NCBI GenBank assembly: GCA_964016885.1
Contig: OZ024745.1
Location: forward strand, 24,428,001 to 24,492,000
Direction of reading: 5' to 3'
Source of the DNA: Eledone cirrhosa
Lineage: Eukaryota
Length of the DNA: 64,000 nucleotides
Each line of letters begins with the position of its first letter. Positions within the stretch are counted from its first letter, which is position 1. Of this stretch, positions 40,842 to 51,794 are shown one piece after another. A program made the translations under genes and the position numbers. The notes beneath the pieces were generated by a model. That model was given only the letters and a program-made list of their open reading frames with translations, ran no database searches and was not told where the DNA came from.

Positions 40842-43800
40842 ATGGCTATGCTAAGAGTAGGCTGTTTAAATGCGCGTGGCCTGGGCTCAACTTGGAAGCA
40901 AGCAATGCTTCTAAATGACCTCAGGTCACAACGTATAGATGTGATGGTTATTTGCGAGGCCCGGATCAGCAACGTGCGACAGCTGGCCCCCACCTTTGAT
41001 GACTTTGAGATGCACGCATCTCTCTGTCAGCCTGGAGGTGGGGGTGGAGTTGTCGTTCTGCTGCAAAAACATCTGGGTCTCGCAACACAGATGGTACATT
41101 TGGACCCGGAGGGTCGACTAGTGGTTCTGGACCTTGGCAGTGGTAAAGGCGGAGCGTTTAGGTTGGTAGCCGCCTACGGCCCTTTCGGGTCAATGCGGCC
41201 GGACTTCTTCCATCGTCTGGAGACTTTTCTAGGGACGTCCCGCTCCTTGCTATTAGTGGGGGACTGGAATGGTATCCTAGATGCACGTTGGGACTACGTA
41301 GGGGCCTGCCCCGATAGAGAGGGGTGTAATAGCCTCAAAGGGTTAATCGGTCGATTTGACCTGGCCGATAGATATCGACTAGATTTTCCGACTGCGCCAA
41401 CCTGGACTTGGGCAAATCGTAGCGGATCATCTAGGTCGTACCTAGATAGGTTCTTAGTTAGAATTAAGGATAAGGAATTTTTAAGTTGTCCAAAAATGCG
41501 CATTGTTGGCTATTCAGACCACAAATTAGTGACCTGCATGGTCAACCTTGACAGAACTCATAGACAGGGCCCCGGTTACTGGAAGCTCAACTTGTCCTTG
41601 CCGGCAAGTAGAGCCTACAGGAATCGGATTAGTACGTTAGTTAAGGAACGGTTGACTGGAGCGATCGTCAACAGCAGGTGGTGGGTATCTCTAAAGAGAG
41701 AGATTAGAGTAGTCTCGATAGAATTTAGTAAGGTTCTAGCTGCGGATAGGAATAGGAAGGAAAGGGAGCTAATAGATAGAGTAGAAGAGGCAATTAGAAG
41801 CGGCGACGTGGCCAGAGTGCTAGCGTCGAGAACGGCTTTGAGCCAGTTTTTCGACGCGAAGCACGAAGGCTGCGTTGTCCGAAGTAAAATACGTGCTCTA
41901 GGGAACGAGGGGACCAAAGCTGTTAGCTGGGCCCGCGTGACAGAGGCCAACAGTGGAACTAAATCCACCATCCGGTCTTTGCGAGACCTGGATGGACGGG
42001 CGATTCTTGAGCCTAAGCAGATGTGTGAGGCCTTTCAAAGGCACTTTGCCCGACTGTTCGGGAGGGGCGGGGAGCCGGTTGGGAACGTGGACTTCGGTCC
42101 ATACCTCGACGGCCTGCCGCGCCTCTCGGACAGGGAGGCGAAGTCCTGCGAGGAGCCGATTTCGGCCGCTGAGATAGAGGACGTGCTGAGCCAATGCGGC
42201 AAACGCAAATCCCCGGGTCTCGATGGTCTTCCTTACGAATTATATCTAGCTATGCCGGACTTGTTCCCCGATCTCCTCGAGGCGGTCTACTGCAACTGGC
42301 AACAGAACGGGAGAATTCCCTGTACTGTGACCAAGGGCGTAGTCACGCTAGTGAGGAAGGACGAGAACAAGGGGGACGAAATAAGTAACTTCAGGCCCAT
42401 AACACTGCTAAATACAGAGTTACAGATTTTGGCCAAGGTGCTAGCAAAGAGGTTGGCGCTTGTCGTGGGCAACCTGGTGGGAGATGCGCAGACATGCGCT
42501 ATCCCGTCCAGGTCCATCCATGACAACCTCCACCTCATGCGATACATCATAGAGAGGGTTGGGAACGAACCCGGCTTTGGTGGGGCTCTGATCAACTTGG
42601 ATCAATCTAAGGCGTTCGATAGGGTCGACCATGGTTACCTGGATGCGGTGCTAGCGGCGGCAGGCTTCGGACCCGTTTTCAGGGGCTGGATCACTGCTAT
42701 GCACAGCAGCCGCATCTGCTCTAGGGTCAAGGTGAACGGCTACCTCTCGGAGCCGTTCAAAATCGCGCGGTCCATCCGACAAGGGTGCCCTCTCTCCTCC
42801 CTTCTGTATGTATTGACTCTCGAGCCACTACTGCGGAAGTTGGAGTTGTTGCAGGGCATCCCTTTGGAACCGGGATTGCGGAAAGCGGTGTCGGCCTACG
42901 CCGATGACGTGACAGTAATGGTGTCGACGGCTTCCGAAATCGAGGCGGTCGGCACCTTACTGGAGGAGTACGAAAAGTTCACAGGGGCTAAGCTGAACCG
43001 GGACAAGTCGATCGGTTTGCAACTCGGCACGTGGAGGGGCAGACCGATGCCCTCCGATAGCGTCGTCGGACGCTGGACGGAGGGCCCGGTGAAGTTGCTC
43101 GGGGTCTGGTTCGGACCGGACCTCCAGGTGGAGAAAAACTGGGCGGAGGTTACGAACAGAGTGTTTGCACTGACCCAGAAGTGGGCCAGTTGCAAACTAT
43201 CCCTGAAAGGTCGGGCGGAGGTGGCGAACACCTACATAGCGTCCGTCATCTACTACCGCCTGACCGTAGTGCCCTGCCCAAGGGAAACCCTCACCAAGAT
43301 GGAGCGCGCGCTCTTCCAATTCCTTTGGAAGAGGCGGGCTCCTATGGTGAGGAGATCCATCTGCTGTCAACACCCTTCGAAAGGAGGGCTGGGGATGCCG
43401 TGGCTAATGATGCGTAAACACGCATTAAGGCTACGGCACCTCTACGTATTCCTCACCGGACAACCGGTGTGGGCCTCGTTTGTGAGACGAACCTTTCCCA
43501 GACTCGTCTCACTCACCGAGCTGCAATCCTGGGTCAAGCAAAGACCGAGAAAACTGGGCGCCTGGCACACTGAGTGTGCCCAGGCGCTCACCGCCCTCTG
43601 GCAGGCGGATCCGGTTATCAGTGGAGACTCCACCGCAACATTCTATAGAGGGCTGGTACGCAGCAGGTGCGACGACGCCCTCGGAGAAGCCCTAGACATG
43701 GAGGAGGACGAACTGGCCAGCCTTTTCGGTAGGACATTTAGCCCGGGACCTATGGACAACTTCCAGAAGTCCCTGGCCTGGCAGTGCTACCGAGGGGCTT

Positions 43801-44279
43801 TACCCGTTCGAGAAAGGCTCTACAGACACGGGCGCCCGGGTAGGGACCCCGCCAAAAAGATCTGTCCCAGATGCGTGTGCGACGAGGAAACCGTTGCACA
43901 CGCATTAGTACACTGCTCGGGCGTAGCCGATCTGTGGGGCTATGTCGAACAACTGCTGTCAAGGGTGGGACCGATCCGGTTGACCACCGAGTCTATTGTA
44001 ATGATCAAGCCGCCTCCCCCCTTCAAAGATGAAGCAGAGGCGGTGTTTCTGTGCGTAATAGCCATGGCGAAAGAGGTTGTATGGTGGACGCGTCTGAAAG
44101 GACTGAGGTCGGGCACCTTTCTCTCTGGCCAACAACTGGTCCGTTTCTTCCGATATCATTTCGGAAGAAGGATCAGGATGGAGAGAGAGGTGCTGCACCC
44201 CAGCCGTTTCTATGAAAGATGGGTGAAAGTGGCGAGAATGGCCCGTGTGAATGGGCCTTCACTCTACATCAGACTATAG
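40842..44279 (+). CDS. ORF2: AP endonuclease + reverse transcriptase + C-terminal zinc-binding domain
   Basis: APE motifs LNARGL, GDWNG, YLDRF, SDH; RT motifs KSPGLDGL, FRPITLLN, LDQSKAFDRV, RQGCPLS, YADD; terminal CPRC..EETVAHALVHC. First ATG is at 40842 (the ORF track starts at a GTG at 40818). Confidence 0.96.
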   Translation: MAMLRVGCLNARGLGSTWKQAMLLNDLRSQRIDVMVICEARISNVRQLAPTFDDFEMHASLCQPGGGGGVVVLLQKHLGLATQMVHLDPEGRLVVLDLGSGKGGAFRLVAAYGPFGSMRPDFFHRLETFLGTSRSLLLVGDWNGILDARWDYVGACPDREGCNSLKGLIGRFDLADRYRLDFPTAPTWTWANRSGSSRSYLDRFLVRIKDKEFLSCPKMRIVGYSDHKLVTCMVNLDRTHRQGPGYWKLNLSLPASRAYRNRISTLVKERLTGAIVNSRWWVSLKREIRVVSIEFSKVLAADRNRKERELIDRVEEAIRSGDVARVLASRTALSQFFDAKHEGCVVRSKIRALGNEGTKAVSWARVTEANSGTKSTIRSLRDLDGRAILEPKQMCEAFQRHFARLFGRGGEPVGNVDFGPYLDGLPRLSDREAKSCEEPISAAEIEDVLSQCGKRKSPGLDGLPYELYLAMPDLFPDLLEAVYCNWQQNGRIPCTVTKGVVTLVRKDENKGDEISNFRPITLLNTELQILAKVLAKRLALVVGNLVGDAQTCAIPSRSIHDNLHLMRYIIERVGNEPGFGGALINLDQSKAFDRVDHGYLDAVLAAAGFGPVFRGWITAMHSSRICSRVKVNGYLSEPFKIARSIRQGCPLSSLLYVLTLEPLLRKLELLQGIPLEPGLRKAVSAYADDVTVMVSTASEIEAVGTLLEEYEKFTGAKLNRDKSIGLQLGTWRGRPMPSDSVVGRWTEGPVKLLGVWFGPDLQVEKNWAEVTNRVFALTQKWASCKLSLKGRAEVANTYIASVIYYRLTVVPCPRETLTKMERALFQFLWKRRAPMVRRSICCQHPSKGGLGMPWLMMRKHALRLRHLYVFLTGQPVWASFVRRTFPRLVSLTELQSWVKQRPRKLGAWHTECAQALTALWQADPVISGDSTATFYRGLVRSRCDDALGEALDMEEDELASLFGRTFSPGPMDNFQKSLAWQCYRGALPVRERLYRHGRPGRDPAKKICPRCVCDEETVAHALVHCSGVADLWGYVEQLLSRVGPIRLTTESIVMIKPPPPFKDEAEAVFLCVIAMAKEVVWWTRLKGLRSGTFLSGQQLVRFFRYHFGRRIRMEREVLHPSRFYERWVKVARMARVNGPSLYIRL

Positions 44280-44570
44280 GTGAGGAAGATGAAAGACCAA
44301 GGGAGCACCCCTTCTCTGTGCTCCTGAGGAGAAGGGTTGCACACTTTTTTCGGGGGTGTGTGCGACCCCCCAAGGCGCCTCCTCTCTATTGAGGATTTTG
44401 TTAAAAATTTTATTTTTTGTTATATCTTATTTTATTTTTATATTTTGTTATTGCCTTCTCCTTATTGAGGACGCCTTTTTGTGTAAACTCCCCCCTTTGT
44501 ACTTGTCCCACTTTTGATGCCCTAGTGGCAAATAAAAGAAATATATCTATCTATCTATCTGTCTATCTAT

Positions 44571-46828
44571 GGGGAGCCGGTTGGGGATGTGGACTTCGGT
44601 CCATACCTCGACGGCCTGCCGCGTCTCTCTGACAGGGAGGCGAAGTCCTGCGAGGAGCCGATTTCAGCCGCTGAGATAGAGGACGTACTGAGCCAATGCG
44701 GCAAACGCAAATCCCCGGGTCTCGATGGTCTTCCATGCGAACTATATCTAGCTATGCCGGACTTGTTCCCCGATCTCCTCGCGGCGGTCTACTGCAACTG
44801 GCAACAGAACGGGAGAATTACCTGTGCTGTGACCAAGGGCGTAGTCACGCTAGTGAGGAAGGACGAGAACAAGAGGGACGATATAAATAATTTCAGGCCC
44901 ATAACTCTGCTAAATACAGAGTTACAGATTTTGGCCAAGGTGCTAGAAAAGAGGTTGGCGCTTGTCGTGGGTAACCTGGTGGGAGATGCGCAGACATGTG
45001 CTATCCCGTCCAGGTCCATCCACGACAACCTCCACCTCATGCTATACATCATAGAGAGGGTTGGGAACGAACCCGGCTTTGGTGGGGCCCTGATCAACTT
45101 GGATCAATCTAAGGCATTCGATAGGGTCGACCATGGTTACCTGGATGCGGTGCTAGCGGCGGCAGGCTTCGGATCCGTTTTCAGGCCTGGATCAATGCCA
45201 TGCACAGCAGCCGCATCTGCTCTAGGGTCAAGGTGAACGGCTACCTCTCGGAGCCGTTTGAAATCGGCGGTCCATCCGACAGGGGTGCCCTCTCTCCTCC
45301 CTTCTGTATGTAATGACTCTAGAGCCACTGCTGCGGAAGTTGGAGTTGTTGCAGGGCATCCCGTTGGAACCGGGATTGCGGAAAGCGGTGTCAGCCTACG
45401 CCGATGACGTAACAGTAATGGTGTCGACGGCCTCGGTCTGCAACTCGGCACGTGGAGGGGCAGATCGATGCCCTCCGATGGCGTCGTCGGGAGCTGGACG
45501 GAGGGCCCGGTGAAGTTGCTCGGGGTCTGGTTCGGACCAGATCTCCAGGTGGAGAAGAACTGGGGTGAGGTAACGAACAGGGTGTTTGCACTGACCCAGA
45601 AGTGGGCCGAGTGCAAACTGTCCCTGAAAGGTCGGGCGGAGGTGGCGAACACTTATATAGCGTCCGTCATCTACTACCGCCTGACCGTTGTGCCTTGCCC
45701 AAGGGAAACGCTCGCCAAAATGGAGCGCGCACTCTTCCAATTCCTTTGGAAGAAGCGGGCTCCTATGGTGAGGAGATCCATCTGCTGTCAATACCCTTCG
45801 AAAGGAGGGCTGGGGATGCCGTGGCTAATGATACGTAAACACGCATTAAGGCTACGGCACCTTCAGGTATTCCTCTCCGGTCAACCGGTGTGGGCCCCGT
45901 TTGTGAGGCGAGCCTTTCCCAGACTCGTCTCACTCACCGGTGGTTAGCAGGTGCGACGACACCCTCGGAGAAGCCCTAGGCATGGAGGAAGACGAACTGG
46001 CCAACCTGTTCGGTAGGACATTTAGCCCGGGACCCATGGATAACTTCCAGAGGTCCCTGGCCTGGCAATGCTACAGAAGGGCTCTGCCCGTTCGAGAAAG
46101 GCTCTACAGACACGGGCGCCCGGGTAGGGACCCCTCGAAAAAGATCTGTCCCAGATGCGTGTGCGACGAGGAAACCGTTGCACACGCATTGGTACACTGC
46201 TCGGGCATTGCCGATCTGTGGGGCTATGTCGAACAACTGCTGTCAAGGGTGGGACCGATCCGGTTGACCACCGAGTCTATTGTAACGATCAAGCCGCCTC
46301 CCCTCTTCAAAAACGAAGGAGAGGCGGTGTTTCTGTGCGTAATAGCCATGGCGAAAGAGGTTGTATGGTGGACGCGTCTGAAATGACTGAGGTCAGACAC
46401 CTTTCTCTCTGGCCAACAACTGGTCCGTTTCTTCCGATATCATTTCGGAAGAAGGATCAGGATGGAGAGAGAGGTGCTGCACCCCAGCCGTTTTTATGAA
46501 AGATGGGTGAAAGTGGCGAGAATGGCCCGTGTGAATGGGCCTTCACTCTACATCAGACTATAGGTGAGGAAGATGAAAGACCAAGGGAGCACCCCTTCTC
46601 TGTGCTCCCGAGGAAAAGGGTTGCACACTTTTTTCGGGGGTGTGTGCGACCCCCCAAGGCGCCTCCTCTCTATTGAGGACGTTGTTATAAATTCTATTTT
46701 TTGTTATATTTTATTTTATTTTTATATATTGTTATTGCCTCCTCCTTATTGAGGACGCCTTGTTTTGTAAACTCCCCGCATTGTACTTGTCCCACTTTTG
46801 ATGCCCTGGTGGCAAATAAAAGAAACAT
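44571..46828 (+). mobile_element. 5'-truncated, decayed subfamily A' Tx1-like copy
   Basis: Fragmented RT ORFs; same deletion junction as 23497-25041 plus a private deletion at ~45434; begins directly after the TATC tail of the full-length copy. Confidence 0.9.
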
Positions 46829-46956
46829 ATCTATCTAACTAACTAACTATCATACTACCGCTCTATGATATATAGAAATAGATAGAGATACAGAAAGAGA
46901 AAGAAGGAGAGAATGAGACAGGCAAGGAGTAGATATGAAGGTGGGTAGATACACAC

Positions 46957-47115
<159 letters not shown>

Positions 47116-47318
47116 TATATATATAAAGAGAGAGAGAGAGAGTAGGTAGGGAGGCAGGGAGTTAGGGAGGGAGGTAGGGAGATAGGAAGGTAGGGAGGTA
47201 GGTAGGTAGGTAGGTAGGTAGGGAGCCCAGTAAATAAAAAGACGGACAACCCGACAGACAAAAGGAAAGATCGATAGCTAGGTGGACAGATAGATAGTTA
47301 TAGATAGATAGATAGATG

Positions 47319-47388
<70 letters not shown>

Positions 47389-47389
<1 letters not shown>

Positions 47390-47470
47390 TTCTTTACTAG
47401 CCACAAGGGCGCAACAAGAGATAGATAGATAGGGCCATACACAGGTAGATGTGCATACGCCAAGTCGATA
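47389..47470 (-). mobile_element. 3' tip of a Tx1-like lineage (family E) with a (TATC)n tail
   Basis: Minus strand reads GCGCCCTTGTGGCTAGTAAAAGAAA then (TCTA)n at ~47290-47388. Confidence 0.65.
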
Positions 47471-48048
47471 TGGATGGAACGAGATATAGGCGTAAATAAA
47501 AAAAGGGAAAGATGAAGAAAAAGAAGATGAAGAAAAAGAAGAAGAAGAAGAAGAAGAAGAAGAAGAAGAAGAAGAAGAAGAAGAAGAAGAAGAAGAAGAA
47601 GAAGAATTGGAGAGCAATTTTAAAACATAGCCTGTGTTGGCAATGAAGTATGGCGGCCTCGGTTTTGATGTTGATTCACAGCCAACATGGAGTCGACAAA
47701 AAGAACCCGCCAAAATGTGATAAGAGGTTTTGAAGAGGCCCACGGCATTTGTATGAGTGGAATGCTTTGAAGAAGCTCCTTAAAGAGCGCAGCATACAGT
47801 ATAGTGGTAGTTGTGGTAGTGAAGTCAAGTTTGGCTGACGGTCAAGGGTGGTAGAGAAGGAAAGAATTGAGAGAAGCTAGAAATACACACACACACACAC
47901 ATATATATATACACACACACATATATATATATATACACACACACATATATATATATACACACACACACACATATATATATACACACACATATATATACAC
48001 ACACACATATATATATATATATACACACACACACATATATACACACAC

Positions 48049-48079
<31 letters not shown>

Positions 48080-48086
48080 TATATAT

Positions 48087-48119
<33 letters not shown>

Positions 48120-48223
48120 CACACACACATATATACACAAACGCACACATATATATATATACACACACACACATATATATACACACACATATATATATAT
48201 ATATACACACACACACACGCATG

Positions 48224-48254
<31 letters not shown>

Positions 48255-48523
48255 ATGAGTGTGTGTGTGTGAGTATGTCCATGTGTGCATGTATGTATGA
48301 ATGAATCTATGTTAACATACTTAAATACACACACACATATATGTATATATATGTATATATATATATATATACATGTATACACACATACATGTATCCATTC
48401 GTACACCTATATATATATATATACACATATATCATGTATGTATATAAATATATGCAGGTAAAGAGAGAACGAGAGACCGACAGACAGATACATAGATAAA
48501 CACATAGATAAACACATAGATAG

Positions 48524-48640
<117 letters not shown>

Positions 48641-48751
48641 TATTGAGAAGTAATGCAATAGAAATTCATTGTGACTGGGCGAAACTAGGAAACCCGCTGT
48701 TAGGAATACGTATGTTTGAATGTGGACACATATGCATACACTCTTACACAC

Positions 48752-48807
<56 letters not shown>

Positions 48808-48832
48808 GTGATCATACCTGTTAGCATGTCTT

Positions 48833-48880
48833 CCGATACAGAACGTTCTCTTTCGGGAAAATGTAACCCTCATCAGGCGG
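48833..48880 (-). ncRNA. Degenerate hammerhead candidate with a longer palindromic stem III
   Basis: CCGC-CUGAUGA-GGG..CCC-GAAA-GAGAACGTTCTG-UA-TCGG; mismatches next to the core; adjacent to (TA)n. Confidence 0.45.
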
Positions 48881-49444
48881 TGTAAGAAAATGAAATATCT
48901 CTGTAACGAATATTATTAGACTAAAATAAAGTACCAGTAATGCACTGGGTAATTGCTGGCCTTGTGCCTAAAGTAGAAACAATTATTAGACTATTTGCCA
49001 TGCAAGATTAGATTGAAAACTGCCGGGAACGGTCGAATTTACTGACAAAGAAATACATTTTATATTCAACCCAATGAAATAATCTTTTTAATTAAAATCT
49101 ACCTCAAAATAAGCAATGTGGAATCAACTTCCTAGAGGCATATATATTCGGTAACGAGACATACATTAAAAATATTAAATTTGCGGCTCACACTCTGCAA
49201 GTTTAATTAACCTTCAACGAAGTTGGATCTCATAGAAGGTTTCTTGCGTGTTTTAATGATAAGAGATCCCCAATCCTATCATAGAAAGCAATGTGAAATG
49301 AAGCGTGTTGCTTAACAACACAATTTGGACCATCAGGTCTTGGAATCGTATCGACGACTTTATGATGTAGTGAAAGAAAAATATCAAGAGAGAACGAGAG
49401 AGAGAGTGGGAGAGAGGGAGGAGGAGTGAGAGAGAGAGGGGGGA

Positions 49445-49507
<63 letters not shown>

Positions 49508-49659
49508 CAAATAATGGCCGGGGTTGGAGACTGAAATAATGTTTCTTTCTTTTTTTTGTGTTTGAGGGCCAGAGGAACAGGGTGAAAGGAAACCAATGAA
49601 ATGTGGCACTGATTTCCAATTGAGGCAGAATGTCAAAAAGTTTAAAGGAGGTGAAACTC

Positions 49660-50160
49660 AATTACATCGATTCCAGTAGATAACTGGTACTTTATTTCAT
49701 TGACCTCGGAAGATTGAAAGACAAAGTTGACCTCGGTAGGAATTGAACTCAGAACGTAGTAATTCCTAAGTAAATACTGCAAGACATTTTTACCGACGCT
49801 CTACCGACTTTTCCACCCCAGTGTCCAGTGGTGGGGAGGTCCATAAGTTTAATACATCGTCCCCAGTACTTGACTGGAATTTAATTTTATTGACCTCGAA
49901 AGGCCGAAAGACAAAGTTGACTACGGCGGGATTTGAACTCAGGATGTAGAAATCGGAACTAATACCGCAATCCCTTTTGTTGGACGCTCCACTGACTCTG
50001 CCATTCTACACCTCAGGCAAAAAGTAATAATGACTTCTGATTTTAGGCACAATGCCAACGATTTTTCTTTTTTTTGGGGGGGGGGGGGGGTCGATTAAAT
50101 TGACCCCAGTGCATTACTGGTTGTATATTTTATCGACCCCGTAGGGATAAAAGGAAAAGC
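49660..50160 (-). mobile_element. Cluster of older, degenerate SINE copies of the same superfamily
   Basis: Repeated GAAAGACAAAGTTGAC..GGATTTGAACTCAG motifs; similar remnants at ~26740-27020, 29490-29610, 53720-54170 and 62505-63005. Confidence 0.65.
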
Positions 50161-50343
50161 TGGGAGCTCTTACCGTTTCAACAGCATGTTCCAGTCTGGA
50201 ACTAGCTGTTGAAACGGTAAGAGTTCAGCCGTCGGATCCCGACTCTTTATGTGTACCCATACTCTACTACCCCAAGTATCGAGTACTCTGTTGAGTAATG
50301 GTCTAACCAGTTTCAACTGAATCCATCCAAATTTATACACACA

Positions 50344-50432
<89 letters not shown>

Positions 50433-50486
50433 CGTTTCTGAATTTGTTTAGCAAGATTCTTTATCTGAAATCGTGTGTTGAAACCG

Positions 50487-51061
50487 ATATTGTTATACTT
50501 TGGGAGGGTCATGTTGCCAATAAGAAACACACGCACCAGTTGCTTTCACTTCAATTTATTATATATTTATAAATTCATAAATTTACAAATCTACAAACTT
50601 ATAAATTATAAATTTCTGGTTGGTTGGTTGGTTCCACAACCAGATAGTTGTTTATATATATAGTCATAGTCCTTTCGTCACACACTCTGTGACCTCTTCA
50701 GTGACTGGGGATTCCTTTCTTCGTTTCTGTGCCTTTTCTTTCTTCTATCCTACGCCATTTTGTTTCTGTGTGTGTCACACACACAGAAACAAAATGGCGT
50801 AGGATAGAAGAAAGAAAAGGCACAGAAACGAAGAAAGGAATCCCCAGTCACTGAAGAGGTCACAGAGTGTGTGACGAAAGGACTATGACTATATATATAA
50901 ACAACTATCTGGTTGTGGAACCAACCAACCAACCAGAAATTTATAATTTATAAGTTTGTAGATTTGTAAATTTATGAATTTATAAATATATAATAAATTG
51001 AAGTGAAAGCAACTGGTGCGTGTGTTTCTTATTGGCAACATGACCCTCCCAAAGTATAACA

Positions 51062-51065
<4 letters not shown>
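50487..51065. repeat. Perfect palindrome with ~289-bp arms and a 1-nt centre (50776)
   Basis: Mirror ORFs 50475-50663/50889-51161 and 50620-50802/50750-50932 give the same peptides. Confidence 0.92.
50846..50890 (+). ncRNA. Minimal type-I hammerhead ribozyme
   Basis: AGTCA-CUGAAGA-G-GTCACA/TGTGAC-GAAA-GGAC-UA-TGACT; exact mirror copy on the minus strand at 50662-50706. Confidence 0.75.
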
Positions 51066-51136
<71 letters not shown>

Positions 51137-51348
51137 AATATATATATATTATATATATCATATATATATATATATATAACGAAGGAAATGTGGTAAGGAA
51201 CCAGGTGGACCATAACGCACGAAAGTACTCAATACTTAGGGTAGTAGAGTGGGTAATAGGAACGAGTGGGACCCCGACTAGTCCAGAATTAGCCGTCGAA
51301 ACGGCTTGAGCTCAGCCGTCGGGGTCCTACTCGTTCCTATATATATAT

Positions 51349-51383
<35 letters not shown>

Positions 51384-51794
51384 GATATACTAATGACAGC
51401 AAAAAGAGAAAAGCACTTAGAGACATGGACGAGGACAATAAGATACATAGACAGTGGTGAATAGAAAATGGCGGTAAGATCTGAAGAGGAAAATCAATGA
51501 AACAATGAGGCGGGGGGGGGGTAGAAGAGACATTTAAAGTAAATATAGTGGAAAGAGAGTGGGGAATAGGGGGAGAGAAGGAGAGGGAGGAAGAGGGGGA
51601 GAGAAGGAGATGGAGGAAGATGGGGAGACAAGGAGAGTGAGGAAGAAGGGGGGCAGTGAGGAAGAAGGGGGAGTGAGGAAGAGGGTGAGAGAAAGAGAGG
51701 GAGACTAAAGGAAGACATGAACTTCTTGGATGATTGGTATTAATCAGTGATTATATTGATGGGTCTGATGTCAGGTGACAAAGGTGAAGACTAG

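Larger units (their letters stand above)
38829..44543 (+). mobile_element. Full-length, apparently intact L1/Tx1-clade non-LTR retrotransposon (family A) inserted in a (TATC)n microsatellite
   Basis: ~200-bp 5' UTR starting GGGATGG right after a TATC tract, two uninterrupted ORFs, and a ~265-bp 3' UTR ending GCCCTAGTGGCAAATAAAAGAAATA followed by (TATC)n. Confidence 0.95.

Noticed and set aside
41294-44198. Antisense and alternate-frame ORFs within the LINE copies
   Set aside because: Shadows of the GC-rich ORF2; they recur only because the copies are near-identical
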